From NCBI GenBank assembly GCA_029856105.1, contig JAHQWH010000064.1, positions 1 through 41,349 of the forward strand: 41,349 nt of DNA. Direction: 5' to 3'. Position numbers and translations under genes: made by a program. Shown piece by piece: positions 28,165 to 38,574 of this stretch. Position 1 is the first letter of the stretch. Each line of letters opens with the position of its first letter. The notes under the pieces were generated by a model. It ran no database searches and had not been told where the DNA came from. It saw only the letters and a program-made list of their open reading frames with translations. This DNA is from Promethearchaeia archaeon. GTDB taxonomy: Archaea > Asgardarchaeota > Lokiarchaeia > Sigyniarchaeales > SOKP01.

Positions 28165-29997
28165 ATGGATGATTTAGAGATAAAACGGAAAAGTATGCCA
28201 CACGAGCCTGGAGTTTACTTTTTTATCAACAAAAAGAGTTCTATTATTTATGTGGGTAAAGCTCTAAACCTTAGAAAGAGAGTAAATCAATATTTCCAAA
28301 AAACAAATTACAACGATCCCTTTTACGAAGAAAAAATTAAGGAGTTAGTTAAAAACATTCATTCTATTGACTTCATCGTTACAGAAAACGAAAAAGAAGC
28401 TAAAATCTTAGAAAATATACAAATTAAGAAACATCAACCTCGTTTTAACGTAATAATGCGCGATTCTAAGACCTATCCATGGGTTGGGATATTTTTTTCA
28501 GAAAAATACCCTAGAATTCGACTTATAAGAGGACCAGAAAAGTATTCTCAAGAAAATTTGTTTTTAGGGCCTTATACTGATAAAAAGGAAATCAGTAGAA
28601 TTTTAAGAGATTTGCGAAAAAATTTCCCTTATTGTTCTTGTAAAAATAAAGTAAAAAAAAAAAAAAGGCCTTGTTTGAATTACCAATTGAAGCTATGTCC
28701 GGGACCATGTATTGAAGCAGTAACTAAAGACGAATATTTAGAAAATATAAAACAAATAGAGCTGTTTTTAAAAGGTCAGACTGAAGAATTAAAGCGTCAG
28801 ATTGAAGATAAGATGAAAAATGCGGCACACTTGCAAGATTTCGAAAGTGCAGCTTTTTGGAGAGATAAACTCAACGCAATAGATAATTCTACAATAACTC
28901 AAAGTGTTTTGTTAGAAAACAAGGAAAATAAAGATATTATCGGTTACTTTAATGACGAGGGACAAAAATACATAGCGATGGTTATGATTCATATACGTGA
29001 AGGAAAGATATCGAATAAAAGTTCCTTTATATTAAATATAAAAGAGAAATTAATTCATAAGGATGAGATTTTCCCTTCAATAATGGAACAGTTTTACCAA
29101 AATGTGTCACACAATTTACCCGACACTATTGTTGTTCCGGAATTTTACGATGGAGTAGGCGTATTTAAAGAGATCCTTAAAGATTTTCGTGCTAATTTAA
29201 AGATTCGAATACCTATGGAAGAAGAATATGGCTTGCTTCGAATTGCGAATAAAAACGCTAAAATTATTGTTGAGCAAGAAATTCAAATGGAGGAAATTAA
29301 AAAGAAAGAGGAAGATCAAATTAAAAAAGCGCTGGAAGAAGCTAAAGAGATTTTTAATTTACCCAAAGCACCTAGAATAATTGAAGGGTTTGATATTTCT
29401 AATATTGAAGGGACAGATGCGACTGGATCTATGGTTTATTTTCTTGAAGGGCACCCTTATAATAAAAATTATCGCCATTTTAAGATTCGTACAAAATCTA
29501 CTCCGGATGATGTCGCTATGATGAAAGAAGTAATTAAAAGGAGATACACCATGATTCTAGAGCGTAATTTAGAGTTACCAGACTTAATCCTCGTTGATGG
29601 CGGAAAGGGTCAATTGAACGCAGGACATTCTGTTTTGAAGGATTTAGGCATTGATGGCATTCCAATTATTGGCTTAGCAAAGAAATTTGAGGAAATTTAT
29701 GTTCCCAACAAAAAGAACCCTATTATTTTGCCTAAAAATTCACAACTTCTTAAAATATTTCAAAGGGTCAGAGATGAGGCTCATCGTTTTGCAGTAAGGC
29801 TTCATAAAAAACAACGAATAAAAAGAGTAAAAAGATCTATTTTGGATGACATAAAAGGTATAGGCCCAGCAACTAGAAATAAATTGCTGACAAAATTTGG
29901 CAGTGTGGATAGTATTAAGGAAGCTTCTCCTGAAGAAATCACTCAAGTAGTTGGAAAAAAGTTGGCTGATACAATATTAAAGAAGTTGAATAGTTGA
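28165..29997 (+). CDS. uvrC: Excinuclease ABC subunit C
   Basis: GVY/YVGKA GIY-YIG domain, Cys cluster, UVR domain (FESAA..RD), RIIEGFDISN, PDLILVDGGKGQ, RDEAHRFA, C-terminal HhH. Confidence 0.96.
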   Translation: MDDLEIKRKSMPHEPGVYFFINKKSSIIYVGKALNLRKRVNQYFQKTNYNDPFYEEKIKELVKNIHSIDFIVTENEKEAKILENIQIKKHQPRFNVIMRDSKTYPWVGIFFSEKYPRIRLIRGPEKYSQENLFLGPYTDKKEISRILRDLRKNFPYCSCKNKVKKKKRPCLNYQLKLCPGPCIEAVTKDEYLENIKQIELFLKGQTEELKRQIEDKMKNAAHLQDFESAAFWRDKLNAIDNSTITQSVLLENKENKDIIGYFNDEGQKYIAMVMIHIREGKISNKSSFILNIKEKLIHKDEIFPSIMEQFYQNVSHNLPDTIVVPEFYDGVGVFKEILKDFRANLKIRIPMEEEYGLLRIANKNAKIIVEQEIQMEEIKKKEEDQIKKALEEAKEIFNLPKAPRIIEGFDISNIEGTDATGSMVYFLEGHPYNKNYRHFKIRTKSTPDDVAMMKEVIKRRYTMILERNLELPDLILVDGGKGQLNAGHSVLKDLGIDGIPIIGLAKKFEEIYVPNKKNPIILPKNSQLLKIFQRVRDEAHRFAVRLHKKQRIKRVKRSILDDIKGIGPATRNKLLTKFGSVDSIKEASPEEITQVVGKKLADTILKKLNS

Positions 29998-30044
29998 AAA
30001 AATTTAATTAAAAAAAAAATTTTGGATTGTTTATTTACAAACCT

Positions 30045-31310
30045 TTACAGATATTCATTCTTTATTTTTGAAAAGATTGTAAATATAATTATCATTGCAC
30101 CTAATAAAATGAATGTCAACCCTAAATTAACCATAGTTAGATATCCAATTATAGGATAAAGAACTGCTCTTATTAAGCTTGCAATCATATTTATAGCGCT
30201 TAACACTGTTGCTCTATTCTCCGTCTCTATTTGTTTATTTATACCTTCTGTAAAGATAAATCTTCTTGAAAAACCCATACCAATAATTATTAGAATTAAA
30301 GCAATGCCAATAGGTATCAAATTTATCAATGCCATAGAAATGTATGCAATTCCCGGAATTATTGTATATATTTGGAGAAAGATTTTTTTGTTACTGTATC
30401 GTTTTTCTAATCTTGGTATTAAGTTAGTAAATATTATTTGAATTAGAGTCATCGACGCTACTACAAATCCAAAGTATTCCATGTTAAAGTTTAACGCTTC
30501 AAGATATAACTGGTAAGTCCAAATAAGAAAAAATACTAAGGATTCCGTAATAACTTGGTTTAATGCTAATTTCCTTAAGATTCGATTTTTTATTAGTTCC
30601 GATACTCCAGATTTTACGATTTTAAGATATTTCTCAGACTTCTCTTTCACTAAATCGTGATTAGGTTCTTTAAGTGATATTGATATAATTGTTGCGGCGA
30701 TAAATGGGAAGAACATCAAGCTCATAGTGAGCTGTAGAGATATCATACCTCCGATTAGTGATCCTATTGGAGCAGATATTCCAATTCCTAGTAACATGTA
30801 AGTTCTACTTCGCGCCATAGTTTTTGTGATCTCTTGTTCTCTACCTAGTTTTCTTAGAGTATCGTACGTAAATGCCTGATCCGTGCCAGAAATCAGCGAA
30901 TATTCAATTGCAAATAATGTTTCCCCAATTATAAACAGTGTAATACTAGGATAACTCGAGTATATCAAAGCAGCTAAAGCTGCTGAAAGAGTTCCTAATA
31001 TAAGTGATAATTTTCGACTGAAATGATCTGCAATCGCTCCACATGGTATTTCAAAAATTAAAATCACTACAGTGAAATAACTCTGTAAAAACATCACTTC
31101 GACAAATGATATTTTTCCCCACATTAGGAAAAAAGGTAATAAAACTCCTGCAATTAGATGGCAACCCATGAAAAATTGAATTAAATAGGATTTCCATATA
31201 TTTGACTTCCATTTGCTCAAATTTGCCTGCAAATCTTTTATTTCATCTTCTTTAGGAGATTGAAGCGCTCTACCTCCAGTACATTCCTTTAATTTTGACA
31301 ATTTTTTCAC
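30045..31310 (-). CDS. MFS transporter
   Basis: ~12 TM segments; FEIPCGAIADHFSRK, SGTDQAF.YD and RATVLS motifs. Confidence 0.9.
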   Translation of the reverse strand: MKKLSKLKECTGGRALQSPKEDEIKDLQANLSKWKSNIWKSYLIQFFMGCHLIAGVLLPFFLMWGKISFVEVMFLQSYFTVVILIFEIPCGAIADHFSRKLSLILGTLSAALAALIYSSYPSITLFIIGETLFAIEYSLISGTDQAFTYDTLRKLGREQEITKTMARSRTYMLLGIGISAPIGSLIGGMISLQLTMSLMFFPFIAATIISISLKEPNHDLVKEKSEKYLKIVKSGVSELIKNRILRKLALNQVITESLVFFLIWTYQLYLEALNFNMEYFGFVVASMTLIQIIFTNLIPRLEKRYSNKKIFLQIYTIIPGIAYISMALINLIPIGIALILIIIGMGFSRRFIFTEGINKQIETENRATVLSAINMIASLIRAVLYPIIGYLTMVNLGLTFILLGAMIIIFTIFSKIKNEYL

Positions 31311-31506
31311 CTATTTTATTAAAAAATTTATATTTACTTTTCTATAATAAAAAACATGTTCGGGAAATCGTATTTGAAAAGTTTGAAGTAAAAGCTATGA
31401 AGTAGAATAAGAAAATTCTGCAGGAAAGGTTAGAAATACGATAAATTGAGTCTATTAAGAAAAAAATTCAAAGAATCAGAGAAAAAGCGTTGTTATGTCG
31501 TAGTTT

Positions 31507-31653
31507 TTATGTTTTTTATGGTAAAGTAATAGGATATGTTACCTTACAACCAAAAAACATAATTTTTATGGCTAATGAATTATTCATAGACGGATCGTGG
31601 ACTATCGTAATTCCACAATAATTCTTTTTCCATCCAGGTACTTTATTAGCCAT
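31507..31653 (-). ncRNA. Putative structured RNA / 5' leader upstream of the MFS gene
   Basis: Nested stems AUGGCUAAU/AUUAGCCAU, GAAUUAUU/AAUAAUUC, GUGGA/UCCAC, then a second long hairpin (11 bp + 9 bp); TATA-like TTTATAAA at 31713-31706. Confidence 0.45.
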
Positions 31654-31814
31654 GACACTTTCAACAAATATGTTTAATATTATACAGATTAATATGACAC
31701 AATAATTTATAAATTTAGCGTTCGGAAATACCCTTTAATTAGATTAGGTGGGAAAACTATGGGAAATTCTCCTTTTCTATAATTCTTATCTAAACTCAAC
31801 CAATAGAAAGAGTC

Positions 31815-33257
31815 TCAATTTAAATCTGAAATTACTAGATTGATAAGTTCAGCTGTGGTTTCACAATAAATTCGGGCTAAAGAATCGCTCTTTGCTTCAC
31901 TAATAACTCTAATTATAGGTTCTGTATTTGAAGGGTGAATAAGAACGAACCATTCCTTTTCTTTACCGAATCTAAGGTCGTAACCTATTTGGTTAACTTC
32001 TTCCCCCTCATCCCTCAATTCTTTCTTAATCCTTTCAATTATTAGTTTTACATCCTTGGTAGCGATTTTTATTCTATTTCTATAGGAAAAGAATTTCGGT
32101 AGTTTAGAGACGAGCTTTGATATTTTTTCTCCTGAGTCTACTAGTATCTCAACAATTTTAGCAGCAGCAAAAATTCCATCTCTAGTGTTATTAAAACTTG
32201 GGAACATTACACCCCCACACGACCCTTCACCGCCAAAAATTAAACTGTTTTTCGAAGTTTTACTTTGCTCTTTTATTAAATTGTACATTTTTTCAACTAA
32301 AAAGACCTCTCCTATTGGCGTTTTTATTACTCGTGCTCCGTATTTTTCAGCAATTACATCAAACATTGAAGAAGACGCTAAATTAGTTATAAAAATGACT
32401 TCTTCTGTTTGGTCCTCGTAATTTTTTAATTGGTGTTCCATAATAAGAGCTAAGCCAATATCCTCAGGATAACATATACCATTTTCACCTATAATTGCCA
32501 ATCTATCAGCGTCGCAATCGTGGGCAAATCCAACATCGCATTTACCTTCCCAAACCTCCATAATTAAATCTTTCAGGTTGTTTTGTATAGGTTCAATCGC
32601 TCTTGGAAATTTCTTATTTTTAATTAAATCGTTGTTGATTACCTTAACTTCACACCCCATTCCTTCAAGCATTTGAGGTGTAGCATGTTTGCCCGCTCCT
32701 GCTCCCGTATCTACAACGACTCTAAGATTGTTTTTTATTATTATACTTTCAATATTAAGATATTTAAACAGAGTTTGAATATAATCAGGGACAGGATTGA
32801 ATTTGGAGATGTTTTTCTTTAAATTTCGTTTAGGTGTTTTATAAGATTTCAAATTTATATCTTTTAAGATACGAGCAATCTGTTCTAGATCCTCGTTATG
32901 CAAATAAGTCTTTGAAGATAACAGTTTTAAACCATTCCATTCTTGAGGATTATGAGAGCCTGTAATAACAATTCCCGCAGGAATGTTTAACTTATTTTTT
33001 GCATGAATAATAATTGGTGTTGGACATACTCCAACATTTACCACGTTAAACCCTGTAGATATTAAGCCCTCAACAATACCCTTTTCAAGAGTCTTTCCAC
33101 TTGGTCGCGTATCTCTACCTATTATAATTTTTTTATTATCGCCATTAAACCATTCACCAAAAGCGATAGCAATCTTTTTTGATGTTTTAAAATTCAAATC
33201 TTTACCTGTAATTCCCCGAATACCACTAAAAGTAAAAATTAAATTATTTATTTCCAT
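31815..33257 (-). CDS. Phosphohexomutase (PGM/PMM/GlmM family)
   Basis: SGIRG, GRDTRPSG, ITGSHNP (phospho-Ser), HDCDADR, GGEGS and SNTEP motifs. Confidence 0.92.
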   Translation of the reverse strand: MEINNLIFTFSGIRGITGKDLNFKTSKKIAIAFGEWFNGDNKKIIIGRDTRPSGKTLEKGIVEGLISTGFNVVNVGVCPTPIIIHAKNKLNIPAGIVITGSHNPQEWNGLKLLSSKTYLHNEDLEQIARILKDINLKSYKTPKRNLKKNISKFNPVPDYIQTLFKYLNIESIIIKNNLRVVVDTGAGAGKHATPQMLEGMGCEVKVINNDLIKNKKFPRAIEPIQNNLKDLIMEVWEGKCDVGFAHDCDADRLAIIGENGICYPEDIGLALIMEHQLKNYEDQTEEVIFITNLASSSMFDVIAEKYGARVIKTPIGEVFLVEKMYNLIKEQSKTSKNSLIFGGEGSCGGVMFPSFNNTRDGIFAAAKIVEILVDSGEKISKLVSKLPKFFSYRNRIKIATKDVKLIIERIKKELRDEGEEVNQIGYDLRFGKEKEWFVLIHPSNTEPIIRVISEAKSDSLARIYCETTAELINLVISDLN

Positions 33258-33281
33258 AATAAATCGTTTGTAAAGAGAAAA

Positions 33282-34295
33282 TTAGGGTAATATTGGATTT
33301 CCTTCTAACTTATACTTCACGAGAGCTAACGCTCCCATTACGCCAATCGTATCCAAAAATTTTGTTACTTTTAATCTTGGAGGGTGATTTATCGTAAATA
33401 ATACGGGGTCGGTGTTGAGTTGTTCAATAACGGGAGGTAGAATTAAATCGTAATCTTTCATCATAGCTCCGCCGAAATATATTGAAGTACAATCGTAATA
33501 ATTGTTTACGAGTCCAACTCCCACTTTAATATAAAATATACACTGCCCTACAATGCTCTTAGAAAATTTATCGCCTCCTTTTGCTGCTTGGAAAATTTCC
33601 TTCGCCGTAATCTTAGACTCGTCGTTATCAATCATGAACATCAAAATTTTAGAGCTTAACTTAGTTGTTTTTATCGCGTCTAATGCTAGGTTTTTAACTC
33701 CCGTTCCTGAACTGTATACTTCCCAACACCCGAAAGCACCACAATTGCACTGATAATTACTCTGTCGATTAACATTTCCATGTCCGATTTCTGCAGCATT
33801 CCCATCCTTACCGAGCAATAAATGTCCGTTACAAATAACTCCACCACCAATCCCAGTTGATATTGTAATATAAACTAGATTATCTTTTTCATCGTCACTT
33901 GCCTCAAAATAATGTACGCCTAAAACCGACGCGTTACCATCGTTAATTAAATGGATTGGTACTCCTGGAAATCTTTCTTGAATTGGTTTTTTTAGGGGTA
34001 TTTCTTTAAAACCTAAGTTAGCATTATTGAAAACTTCGCCAGTTTCTGCATCTAAAGGACCGGCTGATGCTAGACCAATCCCTAAAACTTGTTCTTTATC
34101 AATATTGTTTTCAACTAACAATTGCGTTATTAAGGAAATTACGGTATTGCTAATTGAAAACTCGTTATCTTTCGGTGTTTGGGCAACTTTAATTATTATA
34201 TTTTCTTCCTTTAAATCAGAGGTACACAGAGCGACTCGAATCCGTGTGCCTCCAATATCTGCCCCAACGATAAATTCCTTTATTATTATCACCAA
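33282..34295 (-). CDS. ROK-family sugar kinase (glucokinase-like)
   Basis: ADIGGT, NDGNA, STGIGGG and EIGH...CNCG..GCWE motifs. Confidence 0.92.
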   Translation of the reverse strand: MVIIIKEFIVGADIGGTRIRVALCTSDLKEENIIIKVAQTPKDNEFSISNTVISLITQLLVENNIDKEQVLGIGLASAGPLDAETGEVFNNANLGFKEIPLKKPIQERFPGVPIHLINDGNASVLGVHYFEASDDEKDNLVYITISTGIGGGVICNGHLLLGKDGNAAEIGHGNVNRQSNYQCNCGAFGCWEVYSSGTGVKNLALDAIKTTKLSSKILMFMIDNDESKITAKEIFQAAKGGDKFSKSIVGQCIFYIKVGVGLVNNYYDCTSIYFGGAMMKDYDLILPPVIEQLNTDPVLFTINHPPRLKVTKFLDTIGVMGALALVKYKLEGNPILP

Positions 34296-34312
34296 TTATA
34301 TTTATTCAAAAC

Positions 34313-35113
34313 TTAATAATAATTTATCTCTATTAAATCGTTATTAATTATTTCTCTAAAAATCTTTACGATCTCTTTTTTTCTTTTTTCGTCAATTGCG
34401 TATACAAAGTATTCTGAAGGTATTCTTGCGATTGAATAGAGTTGGACAATATCCGGTTTAATTTTTTTTATAGCATAAGCTAATTGCTTAATATTTTCGT
34501 TATTATCATTAGAAATAAAATCTTCTCTGTATGAATTATAAATTAAACATTGAATAGCTAATTTCTTATTTTGCATATCTTTTCTCAATTTAACAAGCGA
34601 TTCAACAATGATATTAATGTCGCGACAATCTTCATGTGGTCTATTAGTGCTTATCAAGTCGTTTTCAGTAGCGGCGTCTAATTTTGCCAACACAAGATCA
34701 AAATGCTTTACTATTTCTCTAACTTCGCTCGAATAAAGAGTACTAGAATTAGTAAAAAGCGTAATAAGGGGAGGTTCGTTGGTCCATTTCAACTCACTTC
34801 TAACATCTAAAGTGATTGTGTAAAAATCTAATAAGTTTTCATTGAGCGTAGGCTCTCCTTGATATCCTGTAAAACTTAAACTTTTTAAATGGGGGACATA
34901 TTTTAATATTGAATTTAGTTCATTTCTAAAGTCTGATGTTGGAGGTAGTTTAATTCTAAATTTTGGGGAAACTAAGTTTTCTTTATTTGTTGCGCCGATC
35001 TCACAATAGACACAATCATAAGAACAAACTTTATAATTTAACAGTATATTTATTCCCAAAGAGAGACCTAAGCGTCTTGACTGGAAAGGTCCATAGGTAT
35101 ATTTTCTAGGCAT
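34313..35113 (-). CDS. Radical SAM protein
   Basis: YGPFQSRRLGLSLG, CSYDCVYC, GEPTL, TNSS and KLDA motifs. Confidence 0.9.
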   Translation of the reverse strand: MPRKYTYGPFQSRRLGLSLGINILLNYKVCSYDCVYCEIGATNKENLVSPKFRIKLPPTSDFRNELNSILKYVPHLKSLSFTGYQGEPTLNENLLDFYTITLDVRSELKWTNEPPLITLFTNSSTLYSSEVREIVKHFDLVLAKLDAATENDLISTNRPHEDCRDINIIVESLVKLRKDMQNKKLAIQCLIYNSYREDFISNDNNENIKQLAYAIKKIKPDIVQLYSIARIPSEYFVYAIDEKRKKEIVKIFREIINNDLIEINYY

Positions 35114-35222
35114 GGGATACGGATCTGTGAAATACTATTAACTAGATCAAATTATTTATCATAATCTATTTATCCTAAAAAATATTGCTTGTAGGCAATA
35201 TGAACTTAGCTTTTTATATAAC

Positions 35223-37892
35223 TCATCCATTTTCCGCCAAATACTGTTTTTTAAAAACGTAATATGTTTCAATCTCGAAGTGATCTTCTAAAAATTGTCG
35301 AACTTGCGATGAATTCATGCCGAAAAAGAGTCTTTGACTAGTTCTATTATGGTTATGAGCTGTAGACTTGCTCCAGCCATACTTATGATAAATGGAGCTA
35401 AAGGTTTCATCACATTTTATTTCTTTAATTATAAGTGGTAGGACTAATTCTTTACGAGCTTCTTCCCATGTCGAAAAACCTAATTGATTAAAAATTTGTC
35501 TTTTTAAGGCATATCGGTAATAAGATCTTTCATATTCATGTAAATATTTTTCAACCCTTAAATCCTTAAGGGCGTCGTTTTGCTTAAGGTACTGAAAAAT
35601 TAATTGCTTTAGAAGACTTGCTGGAATCCGTAACTTAGTTATACCTTCCCATCCATCAAGTTTTCCTATAACTGGTAAATTAAGAATGTTTTCTGTATCA
35701 ACAAGATATTTTAATTTTTGATATGATTTACCACCAAACAATGTTTCAATATATTTTCGAGTGAAACGATTAAAAACATTATTTATTTCATGAAGTTCAA
35801 AATGATTTTTTAATAAAAGATAAAAGACAGGTCTTAAAAATTTTATTTGAGCTTCTTCAAATGATCCCCAAAATTGATTAATTCTCCTTCTAACTGTAGT
35901 CACACTACATACTATACCAAGTTTTTTTAGTTTTCTTTGAATTTCAGTTTCCATATCGCCTAATGCTATATAGTAAGCAATAGCTACCATTGTTAGGTTC
36001 ATTTTATACCCTCCTCCTCCTCCTGTATTTGTATTAAGACCAGAACTTATCAGATTATGTTCTGAAATGTAATCAATTTCTCCAGATCTTAAAGAATTTG
36101 AGGAAAAATGGATTTCTACAGGTGTTCTTGTAAATCTTGAATTTATTATACCAAAAATTAATCTCCAATTATAATTTTCATTGACTTTAAGATTCTCAAA
36201 ACCAACTTGATTTAATATGTTATAAATTAATCTATGGAGTTTCCCTCCTTCACCATGCTCAAAAACAGCTTTATAAACATAAGACATCCATCGAGTATTC
36301 ATCGTATCTGTTGTAAATCCCGCAATGGTTTCACCCTTAGATTTGTCAGATTTTATTTCAGTTATCTCATATACTAAACCATACCATAGATATTTCCCTC
36401 TTGAATTAACAATTCTTTCGAATTTGGAAATATCTTCAAAATCAGATCTTTTAAAACTAAACTCTCCGCTCAAGCGTAGTTGCTTAGGATTAAATCCTAA
36501 TTCCTTGAATGCCCTTAGAATCTCTTTTTTATAGCTCTCAGAAGTGATTTTTGCATATTTTTTAAGAAATTGTTTTCCAAATTTAAATTTTTCATATTTT
36601 CGAGATAATTTCTTAATGAATTTAGATTGGGCATTTTTAATCTGAGTAGAATCCCAATCAAGGTGTTTTTTACAGTAGGCTTTAAACCCACGGATTTCCA
36701 CATATAATTTTAAGTTTAAAGGAGTTATAATTTTAAGTTTTTCGATGTTATTTTTAAATTCTACTTTTTCTTTTTTTGTCATCTCTTCTTTTTTGTACTT
36801 TTTGTAGAACTCCATAAATTTCTCTTCCAATTTTTCATATTTGCTGTTATCTTCAATGAGTTTTTCTATCATAACTTTAAATTCACTACTAATTTCGTTT
36901 TCTGTGGATTTTTCAATCTTTTGTCTATGGGGTGAATTACTATCTTTTCCTTCTCTGGTTAACTTTTTCATATTTCGCATCGAACTTCTATATTTTTGCG
37001 AGAGATGGGTAAAAAATTTGCTACGCACTCGATTAGCAAAAAACCTGTTCATAAGTTGCCACAAATTATTATTAAAATATAATTTAAAAGCCCGAATATT
37101 TTCTAATAATTCTAATTGGATCGGACCTAAACCCTGTATTCTTTCTGTTAAGGATTTTAATCTATTCTTTTCTATTTCAGTAAGTTTTTCGCGTTGAGAC
37201 TTTTCGTATAATTCCAAAAACTTTCGAGTCAAATCCTCGAACTCGTTATAACTCTCAAGGGCTCTTTTTAACGCGATTTTAAGCTCAGCGTTGCATTCTT
37301 CCTCGGAAGCCTCTTTTATCCATCGTTTAAGGATTGTTTTCCAACCCTCTTCTTTTTTCTGCTCTTCTTTTACTTCTTTCTTCTGTTTCGCTTTCTCTTT
37401 TTCTTCCGATTTTTTTTTCTGTTCTAACCACTGTTTAAATCCTTGTGTTTCCTTATTCGCATAAATTGGTCTTTTCCCAGTCTGTTGTTTATAGAGCCTT
37501 TTAGCTCTCTCGTAGTTTTTTTCTATGGTTTTATCCAAATCTTCTTCTTCCTGTTCGATTTTTCTAACTTGTTCGAGGATTTCTTCTAATTCTTGTCGAT
37601 GATCTTTGCTTTCCTCTATTTCTAATTGCTCTACCACGCCCTCATCTGGAGAAGTAAGTTCTTGCTCTAGTCCTCCTTCTTGACTATTGTTTTCTACTTC
37701 GGTCTCGTCAGCGTTTATTTCTTGGGGTATGTCGAGTTCGCGCATAATTTGAGCTACTTGCTGTTCTGTGGAGATCTCTTCTTGTTCTTCGTTCTCTTCG
37801 CGTTCTTCTTTTTCTTCATTTTGCTTATTTGCTAGCTCTTCTATGAATTCGTAAAAAAGTTCGGCTTCGAGTTGTTTCTCAGGTTTTTCCAT
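35223..37892 (-). CDS. Large modular protein: acidic N-terminus, duplicated helical domain, GIY-YIG-like nuclease domain, helical/HTH-like C-terminus
   Basis: aa ~503-628: YGLVYEI...IAGFT...RW...LH...EIDYI...GLN...GG follows GIY-YIG motif order; aa ~197-301 and ~331-433 align with each other. Confidence 0.6.
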   Translation of the reverse strand: MEKPEKQLEAELFYEFIEELANKQNEEKEEREENEEQEEISTEQQVAQIMRELDIPQEINADETEVENNSQEGGLEQELTSPDEGVVEQLEIEESKDHRQELEEILEQVRKIEQEEEDLDKTIEKNYERAKRLYKQQTGKRPIYANKETQGFKQWLEQKKKSEEKEKAKQKKEVKEEQKKEEGWKTILKRWIKEASEEECNAELKIALKRALESYNEFEDLTRKFLELYEKSQREKLTEIEKNRLKSLTERIQGLGPIQLELLENIRAFKLYFNNNLWQLMNRFFANRVRSKFFTHLSQKYRSSMRNMKKLTREGKDSNSPHRQKIEKSTENEISSEFKVMIEKLIEDNSKYEKLEEKFMEFYKKYKKEEMTKKEKVEFKNNIEKLKIITPLNLKLYVEIRGFKAYCKKHLDWDSTQIKNAQSKFIKKLSRKYEKFKFGKQFLKKYAKITSESYKKEILRAFKELGFNPKQLRLSGEFSFKRSDFEDISKFERIVNSRGKYLWYGLVYEITEIKSDKSKGETIAGFTTDTMNTRWMSYVYKAVFEHGEGGKLHRLIYNILNQVGFENLKVNENYNWRLIFGIINSRFTRTPVEIHFSSNSLRSGEIDYISEHNLISSGLNTNTGGGGGYKMNLTMVAIAYYIALGDMETEIQRKLKKLGIVCSVTTVRRRINQFWGSFEEAQIKFLRPVFYLLLKNHFELHEINNVFNRFTRKYIETLFGGKSYQKLKYLVDTENILNLPVIGKLDGWEGITKLRIPASLLKQLIFQYLKQNDALKDLRVEKYLHEYERSYYRYALKRQIFNQLGFSTWEEARKELVLPLIIKEIKCDETFSSIYHKYGWSKSTAHNHNRTSQRLFFGMNSSQVRQFLEDHFEIETYYVFKKQYLAENG

Positions 37893-38032
37893 TTTGTTTT
37901 TTTATCAGTTTTTTTCATTTTTTATCAGTTTTTTGTTTTATTTTTTTATTTTTTTATTTTTACTATATTTTTTAAATTGTTTTTTGGTAGATTTCAAATA
38001 AAATCGTACTGATCTAAATCTAAACGAATTAA

Positions 38033-38061
38033 ACGAGTACTCGTGATATAATAGCTTTTTG
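38033..38061 (-). promoter_or_regulatory. Candidate BRE/TATA followed by a perfect 12-bp palindromic operator
   Basis: Minus strand CAAAAAGC-TATTATAT-C-ACGAGTACTCGT, ~140 nt upstream of the 889-aa gene. Confidence 0.45.
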
Positions 38062-38125
38062 TAAAATTTCTGGAATCGATTTGATTTTCTCTTTTATCTT
38101 AACCATCATTTTTTGTTCTTTTTAG

Positions 38126-38480
38126 AATTTCAGGTCTTAACTTCGCAAGATCGCTCTAAACCACATCTTATGAGGTATAAGGTTACTAACAATAGCATTA
38201 CAGAGCTGAGATCCTTAGAAATTCTAATTTTAATTAATCCTAACAATACTGATTAAATAGAGCAAATTACTATTTAAATTTTGCCCAAAATACGCAATCA
38301 AAAGGTTACATGAAATAAGATGGTTGCAAGAGTAATAAAGTCGCCTAAATCGTATTAAGGATGATTTTAATGATCTGTACTATAAATAGAAATGATAGTT
38401 AAAAGAAATTAGAGTTTTAAAACGCAATTCATAAAAAGGCGTTCTTATTGCTATAATTTTCAATAAAATCTCTGCTTGAT
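38126..38480. repeat. Direct repeat, copy 1 (~355 bp)
   Basis: Aligns by eye with 40575-40961, including long identical blocks such as cgcaagatcgctctaaaccacatcttatgaggtataa and ggcgttcttattgctataattttcaataaaatctctgcttgat. Confidence 0.95.
38429..38479 (-). pseudogene. Remnant 3' end of the wHTH gene (SSRDFIENYSNKNAFL*)
   Basis: Matches the last 16 codons and stop of ORF 40910-41290. Confidence 0.8.
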
Positions 38481-38574
38481 AATATAGATGAGATAAATAC
38501 TGCAATTTTAATTCGTGGACATAAATACTGGAATTAAGAATTCTTTTTTTAAGAGCTAATACTCACTTTTATTA

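Noticed and set aside
37893-37985. T-rich stretch with a duplicated tttttatcagtttttt
   Set aside because: Low complexity with only two units; not a CRISPR or iteron array.
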